A stretch of DNA of 64,000 bases from Harriotta raleighana (GCA_050575255.1 JBNZDD010013498.1:412392-476391); one strand, 5' to 3'; shown: positions 39,629 to 52,635, counted from the first letter of the stretch. Made by a program: numbers and translations. Notes: a model not told the origin generated them from the sequence alone.

Positions 39629-42164
39629 AATTGACCAAAGGCAGAGTGTGTTGAATGACTTGATATTTGTGACATTATAAAATGTATATAAAACAATAAC
39701 GAATTCCAATAGGTTTGAAATGCGACTTCAGTAAAATACACGCACAGCTCTGTAAAAAGTACATGTTTTGTTTTCCTATATCACCGATCCCATACATTAT
39801 TACCTAACAGTAATTTGAACAGGTTGTCAAACTAGGCGCAGCAGGGAAATGTAGAAGTCCACAAAAGGTTAGCTCTGTTACACAATACATTCCTCCAGTG
39901 ATTTTCCAGAGCAGATGCTGAACTTTATATACTTGGCTGTCGGAATTTGTTTTTGCATTGTATGTGGGCTCATTAGTGGCTGAAGTTCCTTCCCTTGATC
40001 CGATCTTAGTGATACAAGGTCCAGTGGGATTTTCCATGTTTTGATTTCATTGTCACTCTTGTGTTCCCAGTGACTGTGATGCTGAGATTGCTTTGGTAGT
40101 TTGGTTATTTCTGATGTAGAGCAAATTGAATAACTCGACTTATTTAACTGCTAACCGTAGCGTGGTAAAAGGCTTAACTGTAATTCACCAATCAAGAAGG
40201 ATTCAACACAATTTCATTTTAGCACAAAACATTAATAGATCTTTATTTCCCTTTCATATTAATGTGGTTTTACAGAATATTGTTTCATAGAAACAATTTT
40301 ATCAGCTACAATACGATCCCCAGGCTCTCGTAAATCAAAGTCACTACTGTTTCACGACAATAGGCACTAATCATGTTTTTTTTTAAATATTAGTTTTTCT
40401 GAAAAATCCAATAAAACATAGTTGGAGGCCCTCCTGTAAAGGAGGGGATTTTTTTTTGCAACTAATTGCTGTTGCGTTGAACAATCCTGTACTGAATAGT
40501 TCCTAGCCAGTCGCTGGCAGAATGACATTCATTGTTGGGTTTCCTCAGAGAATATATCTGTGGGGAGCAACAGGTTTTCAGTACAGCTTTCATTTCCAGT
40601 GCTGTTGAGGATCCACGATTCATTTCAGAAACTGGCACAGCTAAACAGTTCCCACTGAATGATCGCTTTGGTATACAATATTACTTGTGGTTCAGTTGGT
40701 TTTAAACAAGCCTGGAAGTTCTCCAAATTTATACATTCCCAGCTCCCACAGCCTCTATTTTATCTTGAGAAAAAAATGTTGTACTAAATAATAGAGCTGG
40801 TTGAGGAGGTTTGGTTACTGTTCTACACACAGCCCCAATGTTTGTTAATGGTTACCTTGCTATAACTTCCAGGAAATCTTACTCTCAGTCAAAATCAATG
40901 TTCATGTCAATAGATCTACAGTCCCAGCTCTGTTAGCTCCTAATTCAGAATGGTATTTGAGCTAACTAAAACAATTCTAGTGACTAAAAGATTCAAATAC
41001 ATATTTGCACTTCATTCAGTTTACAATTCTCAAACTACTTAAGATCGATCACCAAAACAATAAACAGTCTACCATCAGTGGAGCCGACAAAATGCACTGG
41101 ATCACAATGACAACTCTTGATGGATGACCTGAGATTTGTATGTTGAGCGGCCCTGTAGAAAACAAATGCGAGTTGGTGCATTTTTTTTTGTATATGAAAC
41201 TTTTAGGGGGTGTTAAATGCAACATGTAATGTGATAATTATCATGGGTTTTTTTGAGGCAACAACATTTTTACCACTGGGTTTCAACCCCACCCCCACTC
41301 CCTGCCACTCAATGCGAGTGAGGTACACGGGAAAACATTCTGAGGATAGTGATATGATAGCGGATGTTAAGGCTTTGGTCCAACCATTCNTTACCTTGTT
41401 CTCTTTTGGTGGCCGTTTACAGCAATTTCTCTTTGGCATTCAAAGGAACCAAAAATTGGTAGCTCCTTAGCCAAGTTTTTGACGGGTTGATCTTCCATTC
41501 TATAAATGCTACATAAACATTTCTTGAAAGGAATTGGAAGGAATTTCTGCTGTGCTCGTGGAGGGAACCATTGCTAATCACTACCAGAAGTTAAAGTACA
41601 TTTACACGTTATCATAGACTGAAGTCCTCAAGTGATCATCCATAAGACTGCAAACTCATTTCAGCAAAATAAATGCATAATGTAGTTGCAGTTTACACAA
41701 ACGCATGTGGACATTCAAAAGGCTTCTTTGCCTTTGTTCACCATTATTTAAGTCAAGACTGGTGTTCACTGGACTGTTTTGAAGAGAAATTCATCCCAGT
41801 CCTTCATTAGCGAGTCCACAAATGAGAAGTCACCTTCGATTCAGTGGTTACTTGAAAAGCATCCAAACTGACTGGACCGATGTATGAGATGAATGAACAG
41901 GTGAGATCCTTCATGAAAGTTCATCCAAGAAATGTAAAAGTTCCAAAGTAAATATCTATGTGATCCAGTTTCCTCTTATCTACCTAGAGGTCTATGCATA
42001 TAATCACACAGTGGTCAAAAAGTTCAGCACATGTCCTCAAATCAGGCAAAACCACTGAGCAAATACCCTTATACAAAAGGGCAGGAACGAAGTAAAAAGT
42101 GCATTTTGTTTCTGTTAAAGTGCATGGATGAGGTAAACTAATTTCACTGAGTTCTTGCACTGAT

Positions 42165-42279
42165 TCAGACAGGAACCATTCTCCCCTGCATCTGTTGCAT
42201 CTGGGCTCTCATTCCCTGGACGCTGTTCAGAAACTTGTTCTGGTGCGCTATTGCTGTAATTCCAATTCGGGTCAGATCC
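42165..42279 (-). CDS. epha4: EPHA4 last coding exon (exon 17 equivalent), SAM end and PDZ-binding motif, with stop
   Basis: ccacag|G GAT CTG...; [40 protein letters not shown] (stop at 42165-42167); the GRMVPV C-terminus is characteristic of EphA4 among Eph paralogs. Confidence 0.97.
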
Positions 42280-42454
42280 CTGTGGGGTGGAAATAAGAGA
42301 ATCGCAGATCAGAATGGTGTTGTTTCTGCGTGAAAAATGTCTAATTATAAAAATGGCAATAATACAACACGCAATCATAATAGTCACTGAGTTTCTACAT
42401 AGCTCCAGGCCTTTTTGGAAACTGCAGAAAATTTGCAGATGAATTTATTCTTTA

Positions 42455-42662
42455 TTCCTGGATTTGATTCCAGGCAGGGTGATATCTTAGGCAAGTTTCC
42501 TTAGTCCATATCTAATAGTAATCCCTCAAATAAAATAAATTAGTTACTTAATGTGAGCAATTGGCTGCTGCGTTTCACTTTGCAGTACATTCTGTGAAGC
42601 ACTTTCAGGCATCTTAGACGATGTGAAAAGAGCTAAATCAAATGCAAGGATTATTATTATCA
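42455..42662 (+). mobile_element. Internally deleted SINE in intron 16
   Basis: ggcaagtttccttagtcca...aattggctgctgcgtt...atcaaatgcaaggattattatt. Confidence 0.82.
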
Positions 42663-42824
42663 TCATCATTGAATGTTCACTTTCACTAATTCCAAGAAAC
42701 TAGATTTTTGTTTCACGTGCTGATGGGCCATTGTTTTGGCCATGGCATGTATCCAATTCCGTAAATACCCTCATGCTTAGAAACTCTCAAGTGGGTTCTC
42801 CAACAACATTGTTTTGTTACTTAC

Positions 42825-42980
42825 TCTTGGTTCATATGTACCACTGCTTCGAGTGAAGTATAGCCTGCTGCTGTGAAGTTATCTTTGTATCTGTCCATCT
42901 TAATAGCCTGAATCCAGTCTCCAACAGAACCCAAAGCGGAGAAATCAGGCGTGCCAGGGTCAAGTAACGCAGTAGAGGGC
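42825..42980 (-). CDS. epha4: EPHA4 exon 16 equivalent, SAM domain
   Basis: 156 nt, cacag| ... |gtaagt; [51 protein letters not shown](E); not in the ORF track. Confidence 0.96.
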
Positions 42981-44443
42981 CTGTGTTAGAATACATTTAT
43001 TTTTATTTTTTTAGTAAAACTTAGATTAGAGAAGCATGAAACAATTCAAGCAAGTNAAATTTTTTTTAGTAAAACTTAGATTAGAGAAGCATGAAACAAT
43101 TCAAGCAAGTACTGTACTGTACATTGACCAACAATGACTGGGAAAAGAGCTATTGAGAATGTAGTGCTTCTGATGTGATCAGGACTATGCTCTGAATCTT
43201 ACACTGGATAAGACATATTGCATTATTCTCAACTGGTATTCAGCAGCCTGACAAGTCAAAAATACATAATGTTCTGACATTTCTTTAAGTTATTATCCTC
43301 AAATCACAATTCTAGCATTCCAATTTATTACATCATCCAGTGGGTTATTCTTACTTATGAGTCATCGAGGTCTGAGAAGTTACACTCACACCAGTAAAAA
43401 AAAATCAGACATATAAAATGATGGTTCAGCGATTCAATACATCTACTCCTGTAAATCCAGAACTGCAGTGATGGGAGGCTACAATGTTGCAGTGTATCAT
43501 TTGCGATTAATTTAAATCGTGATTTAAATTATAATCAAAACGGGTCAGAATTCTTTTCTACAGAGAAACCTCATTCAGTTGCTAATGTGCCGCAGGATTA
43601 AATATTTATTATCTGTGCTCCGAGGTGGGATTAAGATCACGCACCCTCACAGGTTTAAACGTTTCACCAGATAACTTGTGCAATTCTCCTTGAATAATTA
43701 ACTAGTGTCATGTGAATACATTTGCCGGGTGACTATTCTTCCACAATGAAACCATCAGTTTAGAGGATGACGGACTCATTAACAGCCCCCGAGGTGATTG
43801 TTACCTGTTCAAATCATGTAAATGGGTCAATAATGCCTGGTTGTGCTATCAGTGATGTTCAGTCGCTGTTCTCGAGGACTACTTTAGAGACACCACTCAC
43901 TGTGTGCATGTGTCCAGTAAAGCTATCCATAACAAGACTGTTTGATTATGACCGCAATCATTTCCTCGGGTACAAAGTACATTTTAAGTGATGATGCTGT
44001 TGCTTAAGAGCTCATGAGGCAATTAACAGCGCCCAAGATGATTAAAAGCTAAAACACAAGAACTTTTCTACTGCTCAGCATTCTTTAGATAAATTGAACT
44101 TGATCACTGGTCTAAAAGCATTTTATAAGATAAGGATTTATTTAAAGAATTTATGAAAGGCTCCAGGATTTAAAATGAGCGTGCTAATGACTCATCTTAT
44201 AATAGGCCAGAACCAGTGCTATGTCTGGTTGAGATGAAAAATACTGGTGAGTTCACATGAACTCTGCTAATTTAATAGTTTGAAATAGCTGGACATTAAA
44301 ATGAAGCAACACTGTACAACAATGTTATCTCCAGGAAAGCGATCTTGTGAAGCAAAACACAAGTTACCGACAGGAATGTGAACTGTACCCTCTCTTCAGA
44401 ACCTATACATTTCAACATGCCTGAAACTCGCTCAGATACTCGC

Positions 44444-44640
44444 CTTGTATTCTCGGTTAACGCTGTCCTTTTCAGGCTGTTTGGATTCCGAATTAGTTTG
44501 TCCAGCATGCTTACAATCTGCACAAATTTGGGTCTGTCGTTGCGCTCTTTTTGCCAGCAATCCAGCATTAACTGGTGGAGGGAGACTGGGCAGTCCATCG
44601 GGGGAGGTAATCTGTAGCCTTCTTCAATGGCTTTAATCAC
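44444..44640 (-). CDS. epha4: EPHA4 exon 15 equivalent, end of kinase domain and linker
   Basis: 197 nt, cacag| ... AG|gcgagt (GC donor); [65 protein letters not shown](R); this donor gives the phase 2 needed by the next exon. Confidence 0.92.
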
Positions 44641-44769
44641 CTGTGATGAAAAGATGCAATTTAGATTCGGAATTACCATCCACACAATGCATTTTATTTG
44701 GCTCTGAGAGAATATTTGTAGCTTGAAAGGACAGCCAGGTGTTGGATTGGACCGAAGGAAGCCGGTTGT

Positions 44770-44980
44770 TAGTGAATGCTTTTTTGGGGAGTAATAATCC
44801 CTCCAAATCAATAAATAATAATTGGATCACTCACTCCACGATTGGGACACTGCTGTGCACAAATGGCTGCCACATTTTGCCCGCAAAACAGTCAATTCAC
44901 TTTGCAGTATATTCTGTGAAGTGCTGTGAAACGTCTCAAAGGCATGATTAATGCGTTGTGTCAAATGCAAGGATTATTAC
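44770..44980 (+). mobile_element. 5'-truncated SINE in intron 14
   Basis: taataatccctccaaa...gggacactgctgtgcacaaatggctgcc...aaatgcaaggattatta. Confidence 0.85.
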
Positions 44981-45125
44981 TTTTATAATTCTGATCACAT
45001 TGCTACACCTGTATCCACCATGAATGCCTGTGGATGCCTAACTTTTGCTCCATCATAAAATACAAGAGAGTTGGTGGGGTGGTGGTGGATGGGGAGAGAA
45101 CAAGCACTGGGTTCCTGTGTATTCA

Positions 45126-45646
<521 letters not shown>

Positions 45647-45779
45647 CTAGAAACGTTACAAATCACATTTGCATTTTGAGACTTGCTGCGGTGAGCGATC
45701 GATTAAAGAGCAGCACTTCTGAAAAAGTGGCTGCCGCTGAATAATGTCCTTTCGTTCTACGTCCTGATGGATGACTTAC

Positions 45780-45841
45780 CCTGAGGAATGCGTCCAAGGA
45801 GCCATTTTCCATGTATTCGGTTATGATCATTACTGGTTTAC
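45780..45841 (-). CDS. epha4: EPHA4 exon 12 equivalent, kinase hinge
   Basis: 62 nt, cctag| ... |gtaagt; (C)KPVMIITEYMENGSLDAFLR. Confidence 0.96.
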
Positions 45842-47827
45842 CTAGGATTTTAAAATGAAAACAAAATGACTTGGCAAAAGCTCCCATTAATGAGATGAAA
45901 ATGAGTTCTCTAGAATCATGCTGGCAGACCATTAATTCATCTTGAAAGCTCTAATTTAATTAAAAATGCCCAAATTCTATCCCTACTGCACAGATGATTT
46001 ATTGACTGACGAGCTCGTCTCCATCTGCTAGATTAACCCTTGCCAACTTAATTTGCAAAGTCTTGTTTAATTTGGCGACGTCTCCAGGGTGCAATGCTTT
46101 AGGCTGCAGATCGCCAATGAAAAGCAGTGACACTGTCCTGCACTGAAAAACACCCAACCTTGTTAAGACGCCCACAATTGTGCTTATTGTGCTGCCATAA
46201 GCTTTCTCTGCCTTTGTCACTCGTCTTAAGGAACAAAAGATAACTCTGCTGAAGTTATTGTGTGTGTGTGTATATGCAGAGGTTGTACCCAACCAACTGG
46301 TTCCTAAATAATGGTAGAAGAGGCTACTGAATAACTCCCCTTACATGTGCAGGTTACACTGTCAACTTCCTGTATGAGTTGAGGTCCCTGGCTCTGATCA
46401 AACATGGAAACAGGACAGAAATATATATTTTTAAGTTTAAATGGTCAGAAGGGCGTTTCCATTTGGTTTTCAGTCACAACCCAAACTCTAAAGTCCAGCG
46501 ATAATGTCGGAAACCCCAATTTGAACTTCAAGTTACATAAACTCCGGAACATATAATTGTACCTTTTCAGGAAATAACACGCTGACTGTGGATGTGTTTT
46601 GCTTCTAGACTATTCGACAATTGGTTTACTTGAAACCTGGTTCAAATTGGTTTGGAGGCAATGCTAAGTGGCATCTTCTCCATTGTTTTTGTAAGGAAAA
46701 TGTTAAGCGAGGTTTACACTGAATCTTTAAATACATTGTGCTCAAGTAGCAGTCCCCACTTCAGGACTATGTAAGTGCAGTATTCATGCTGCATGAAACT
46801 TCTACTGTATTTTGAGATTTTGTTCCACTAGTGGAGCGTGCTTGTATTCACGTCAGTAATAAAGATCACCGAAAGAAGTACAGGTAGACCTCGCTTGACA
46901 TTGATTCGGTCAACATTTTATGATTACCTTCCTGATACATAGGGGAACATATATCCATTCAACGTTGCGACGTTCGCTATTACGTTGTTCGCCAACGGGT
47001 GGAAACAAACTACTTTGGGTGGCATAGGTGTATATAGACACTGAACATCTGGTATTCTGACGCAGGTTCACTTAACACTGTGTCGCCTAATGTCCCACTT
47101 TTCAAGTGTGTTTGGAACACTTTTTCCACGTTTTAAGTTTTGCTTATTAAATATTGCTATTTCTCTTACCAAGCAACCAATCGCCTGTCAGGAGCAGCTG
47201 AGGTGAATACTTTACTAAATGACAGTCATTAGAGAAGCAAGTGGCAGGAGTGACTCTAGCCAATACTATCAGGCATGGCTGCCTGGACTCGGTCATCAGG
47301 GCTTGAGAGATTATCCTCCTCCGATTGGAAATGTAAATGACCAATTCTTAATTTACCTCTCACCATTTATTGCAAACAAATTGGATCGCCTCCAATTTAG
47401 TCGGGAAAGATTGGAAATAAGTTTAACAGTGGTTGAGTTTTTTCTTTGGCTTGAAGGGTTTGGGCATGACTCCAGGTATAGCTGGCAGATGAAAGAGGCA
47501 ATTGTCTTGAATATTTATGCTCATCCCTCATTCTCATTCTCTCAGGGCCAGCAGGTTTTGGTGTGGTGGAAGAGGTGGAAGAATCGTTTTGGCACCTCGT
47601 ATCAGATTACTTGCCATCTGTTCGTACCTATCCCATGACACCCTGCCCGGTCTGTCACAGTTTCAGGGGAAAAAAATGTCATGGCCTACATACATACAGA
47701 TATTAATTTCATGGCAAATTCTATTACAAGCTGTCTTAGGGATAGAATGTCAATTTACACTGTGAACGCATTTAATTCTGTCACAAAGATGAACGACTTG
47801 CACTGTACAGTTCTTCAATATTATTCA

Positions 47828-48339
<512 letters not shown>

Positions 48340-48584
48340 TTAAACGTGAAGTCTTCAATGAATATCCATTAGCACCTGTAGACTCCTCCGCTTTACGTCA
48401 CTTTTAAAATTCACATCGAGATCAAAATTTAGAAGTTTTCTGAACTGAATCGAAGAGTTATTTTCTCCTTTTGCTATATCCAATTTAACTTTGCATGCAT
48501 TTGTGAAGAGCTGAGTGTACAACTCTGCTGATTTAAGAATCCCCAATGACAGAGACTTCCATCCTTATACAACAACAACTGAAT

Positions 48585-48800
48585 TACAGTTTTAGAGTGC
48601 CTTTCACGTCGGGAGGACGTCCCATGGTGCTTATAGTAAAATGTTGCCATTATTATTACACAGAAGAACTGGCAGTAGCGGTGACTGAAATTAACAGTGA
48701 TTGTCCAATATAATAATCCTTGCATTTCAATTGCTTCCCAGGATATAGAGTTAAGTGAATTTACTGTATTTTGTGGGCAACCAAATGAGCTTGCCAACAT
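48585..48800 (-). mobile_element. L2 tail and SINE tail fragments in intron 9
   Basis: gcctttcacgtcgggaggacgtccca, and taataatccttgcatttcaa...attttgtgggcaa. Confidence 0.7.
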
Positions 48801-49079
48801 GGCTGGCATTGCCCGCAACATCAATGCAAGTGTCTCCACTCAACGAGAGTGAGGTGGAGCCAAAGCCTCTTACATCTACCTGACGGGATATGGAGATCAG
48901 ACCTGTAAACGCCTTGATCCGTAAGGAATCAATTCTGCACCAGGCCACGGAATTACCAACCGAGCCCTTGCGTCATTATTTATAATGGACTCTACAAATG
49001 CATTAAAAAGTTAATTCCCCCAGTTTGCAAGTCCTTCTGCAAGTTTAAAATCCAAACGACTATGGTAACTAGCACCCAC

Positions 49080-49144
49080 CTTGTCCATTATGCAGATGCT
49101 TCTCCTCGTCTGCTTCTTGCTTGGCTTTACTGTACTTTCTGCGC
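49080..49144 (-). CDS. epha4: EPHA4 exon 9 equivalent, juxtamembrane
   Basis: 65 nt, cttcag| ... |gtgggt; (R)RRKYSKAKQEADEEKHLHNGQ, EphA4-type KYSKAKQEADEEKHL; phases fit both neighbours. Confidence 0.93.
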
Positions 49145-52026
49145 CTGAAGGAACCGTGAATAATGCGTGAGGATTGATAACAACAGGGTAAGATCGAGAA
49201 ATACAGGACCACCTGCTTAGCTGGGATGCACCACATCTTGCTGTTCAAACACTCAATTGTACCTTATTACCTGATAATTACAGGCCTAGATCTTCTCCAC
49301 CTCCCCCCCCCCCATTCCTACCAATATGACTTGTCACCTGCTGAATTCTGCCAGAGGCATGACACTACTGTGTATCATTAACTACTGTGAACACAAGAGA
49401 ACTCATTAGGCAGTCATTGAGCAAGGGAAATGAATACTAATAGCCAGTTGGAAACCTGGAAAATAAATTAACATTGGGAGATGGCATACCTGACTGAGCC
49501 TGAATGGAATAAGGAAGTTCTTTGTGTTGGTCTGAATTGTGTAATTAGAAAGGCTTACGTGGAATGACAGCGTGCAGGTAGAGAGTGCTTTGATAAGCAG
49601 CAGGGGTCAGAAAGGCTAGCAGGTCTATAGGTGAGACACATAGGCCATTCTCTGCAAGCTACCCCGGTGTGACACAAAGGGCTATTGCCATGAATTGTGG
49701 ATTCACTCAATGTGGCCGAGTTGTTAGTGTTTCAAGCTTCAACGCTTTGTTGTTGGTCCTATTATCATTCACAAAAGTAGAGATAATGGAGAATAAAGGG
49801 AATCGGGATTGCTGAACAGCTAAGTTGATAACATGTCATGCCTTCCACTTTATCTGCTCTCCTTAAAACAAAAGTTACTCTGTCTTTACTTTGATTACAC
49901 TAGCATGCCGATAAAAGATTAATTGCAGGGTCACATTCAGGAGCAGATAATTGAATTCTATCTGGTGAGGAGTATCATGCGTTTCTGATCCATTTCAAGC
50001 TGAAATCTAGATTTGTTAGTGAGGAAACACCGTTGTCACCAAAAGCTAAACCCTTGTACTTGAAATGGTACCTTTCACTGAAAATGAGCCTGGCACAAGT
50101 AAAATGAACCGAACAGTCTTTTATGCTGTAAAATTCTATGATGAATGCCTTCAAAGTGCTTCATAAAACAATGCGATCTCTAAGTAGGAGAATTTAAGGT
50201 TGACCAAAGTCACGGGCAGAAAGATAAATAATACTAACACTTGCATTTAATTTTGCCCTATAACATTGAGAATGTTTCAAAGCACTTTGGAAAGTTTCAG
50301 TGAAGTGTAGTGACTGTGTAACTGGACACAAACTTTTTATAAGGGGTTTTGAAGGAATAAAGTCTTCATTGAAAAAACTGCTGGCTGGGTAAATGTCAAA
50401 GAATGCTTCACGGTGCATTTAAATATCTTGGATATAAAAGTATATCTTTGGATATATTTTGGATATAAAAGTAAAGTAGCAAACTCTGGTTGAAATTAGT
50501 GCCCCACTATTTATTTATAACTGTGAAATGTGTTCACTTTGTTCTATAGGAAATAGCATTATGGGATATAGTAAATAGGTAGTTCAGGACATATGTGTAT
50601 GTGAGTGCCAGGAAGGTGAACTAGATGTATCGTGGTCTTTTTTCGTCAGGCATTATGTTCTTATGTTCTAGTACACCTTTGTCTAATTCAATAGTTTATT
50701 CCTATTCCTCCCACAATTGTTTTCTCTCCTTATTGGAGATGATAGTGTGTCTTGCTACCACTTGTCCTAGGGTAGGAGGAGGGGAAAGGTAGATCTGCTT
50801 AAAATTAAACACTGACATCCCCCAAATACAAAGAAATCTTCAAGCAGCATAGCAAAGAAGAGAACAGAATTCAAAAGATTTTTATCTTTGATTTAGCGCC
50901 ATCCAAAACAGTACCCCTATTCACAAGCACTGACGTTTATCAGAGAGTTCATGCAAATCCTCACCAATCTAAACAGCAGTTCACCTTTGAACAGAAGATA
51001 CGCGTACAATATCTGAACTCGGGAAGAAATGACTATCAGTAAAATTGTCCCTGACCGCTTAGTCTACTGTGAGCTTTCTTTTGACAGTTTTATGTCTGGA
51101 GATGAGAAAATCAATGAGAGGCCATGGGTTGACGTTTCGTTTTCTGACAGTGATCTATTGAGGCCGAATCACCAGATACTGTTTATCAGAGATTGAAAAT
51201 GACATTATTTATAGTGTGGAATTATCATCTTCTACACTCAATGAATCTCAATGCTCTTATATGGCAACCCATAATTAGAATTCCAATGAATCATTCCGTC
51301 AATCCTGTCTTAAATAATAAAGTCATCAATGAGAATAGATGTGTTATTAAACTATCAAACTTGTTATTACTATTTCCTATTTCTGTAGCTTTTAATAAAG
51401 CCGTCTCGCTGAATTTTCTGTCAGTTTTGAGTTAGAAAATCCCTGTAAAATTAATATTCATTAATATTCATGGCACTGTGGATGATAAGAGTCACCCAAG
51501 CTGTTAACTCAAGGGTAAACAACACATACGTTCTCTCTCCCTCTCACTCTTTTTCTCGAGTTTGTGAAAAGTTCTCTGATCCGAGATTGTTGGGAAAATA
51601 AAGCTTGAAGAGGTCTGAAGGCGATTTCAAACTTGTGAGTCTTTACGAGCTGCTTTCCCTGCTCACAGGGTGCTGGGTCGTCTGATTCAGCACAGCCTTG
51701 GAATTCTAAGAAACATTCATGGAATCTCCCTTTTGAAACTATACTTTCCTGAACATAAGTACATCCTGGAGGTAATAATGACTTACTTTATAACCCCCCA
51801 CAAAAAATCCCTCCTTCCTTCCTGACCAGCAAGCAGTAATTCATCCTGAAGTGCAACTTCACAGGAACTTACAACACTGGTAACTCACGCAAATGACTAT
51901 TCTTTGTGAATACTTAAGGTTCAATAACCTGGCTATGCAGATAAGTGAGATACCAGACGGCCCTGGATCTGTATCTTCAGCACCTTTCGAGAGTAGAAAA
52001 TAGATAAATGCACATAGAACTCTTAC

Positions 52027-52138
52027 CTCCTGCTTATAATGAAAGCTGACACGAGAATCACTAGCAGAACCGCACTGCCGGCCACTGACACAAGGAGCAC
52101 AGTGGGGCTTGCACCATCTCCTATGATAGCCGATGGAG
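52027..52138 (-). CDS. epha4: EPHA4 exon 8 equivalent, transmembrane helix
   Basis: 112 nt, tttccag| ... |gtaaga; (A)[36 protein letters not shown], hydrophobic span matching the EphA4 TM region. Confidence 0.96.
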
Positions 52139-52319
52139 CTGGAAATGAGAAAAACAGTAAGTCTATTAACAGACTGCACTCAATTTGATAATCAGTGGAA
52201 CAATGAACAAAATATTGCCACCACAAAAGTACTTTCATTAAATCCGGATTTCCGGATGAGAAATTGGGACTCGATTCAATGTTTATTTCTCAAAAGAAGC
52301 AATTTCCAAATTGGTAAAG

Positions 52320-52440
52320 AATAATAATCATAATAATCCTTGCATTTGACACAATGCCTTATCATGTCTTCGAATACTTCTCAAAGCGCATCACAGAGTT
52401 TTCTGTAACGGGAATTGACTGTATATTTTGTGGGCAAAAT
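52320..52440 (-). mobile_element. SINE 3' fragment in intron 7
   Basis: taataatccttgcatttgacac...aattgactgtatattttgtgggcaaa. Confidence 0.78.
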
Positions 52441-52475
52441 ATTCTGGAATGAAATGGTGCTGAAGTGTTGGTTAC

Positions 52476-52635
52476 CTGAGTTTGTTATGAACTGAAAGGG
52501 GGCACTGAACTCGCCGTAGCCAGCCGCTGTTCGTGCTCGGACGTGAAACATGTAAGCAGTCAGCGGGTTTAACCCTGTGATGTGTGCGTTCCTGGGAAGA
52601 GTTTTAACAATCCTGTAACTGCGTTCGTTTTGATC
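52476..52635 (-). CDS. epha4: EPHA4 exon 7 equivalent, C-terminal half of FN3-2
   Basis: 160 nt, cacag| ... |gtaacc; [53 protein letters not shown]; not in the ORF track; phase 0 in, phase 1 out. Confidence 0.96.

Larger units (their letters stand above)
39045..42164 (-). other. epha4: EPHA4 3'UTR (~3.1 kb genomic span, probably containing one intron)
   Basis: Follows the stop; repeat-poor, U-rich on the transcript strand, AU-rich element ATTTATTTA near 39153-39161, ends shortly after AATAAA; exact end inferred. Confidence 0.65.

Noticed and set aside
41150-41162. miR-10b-like match CCCTGTAGAA in the 3'UTR
   Set aside because: Lacks pairing to seed position 2 and coincides with the proposed splice acceptor, which explains the sequence better.
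47219-47638. 139-aa ORF antisense within EPHA4 intron 11
   Set aside because: No recognisable homology or motif; length is within chance expectation.
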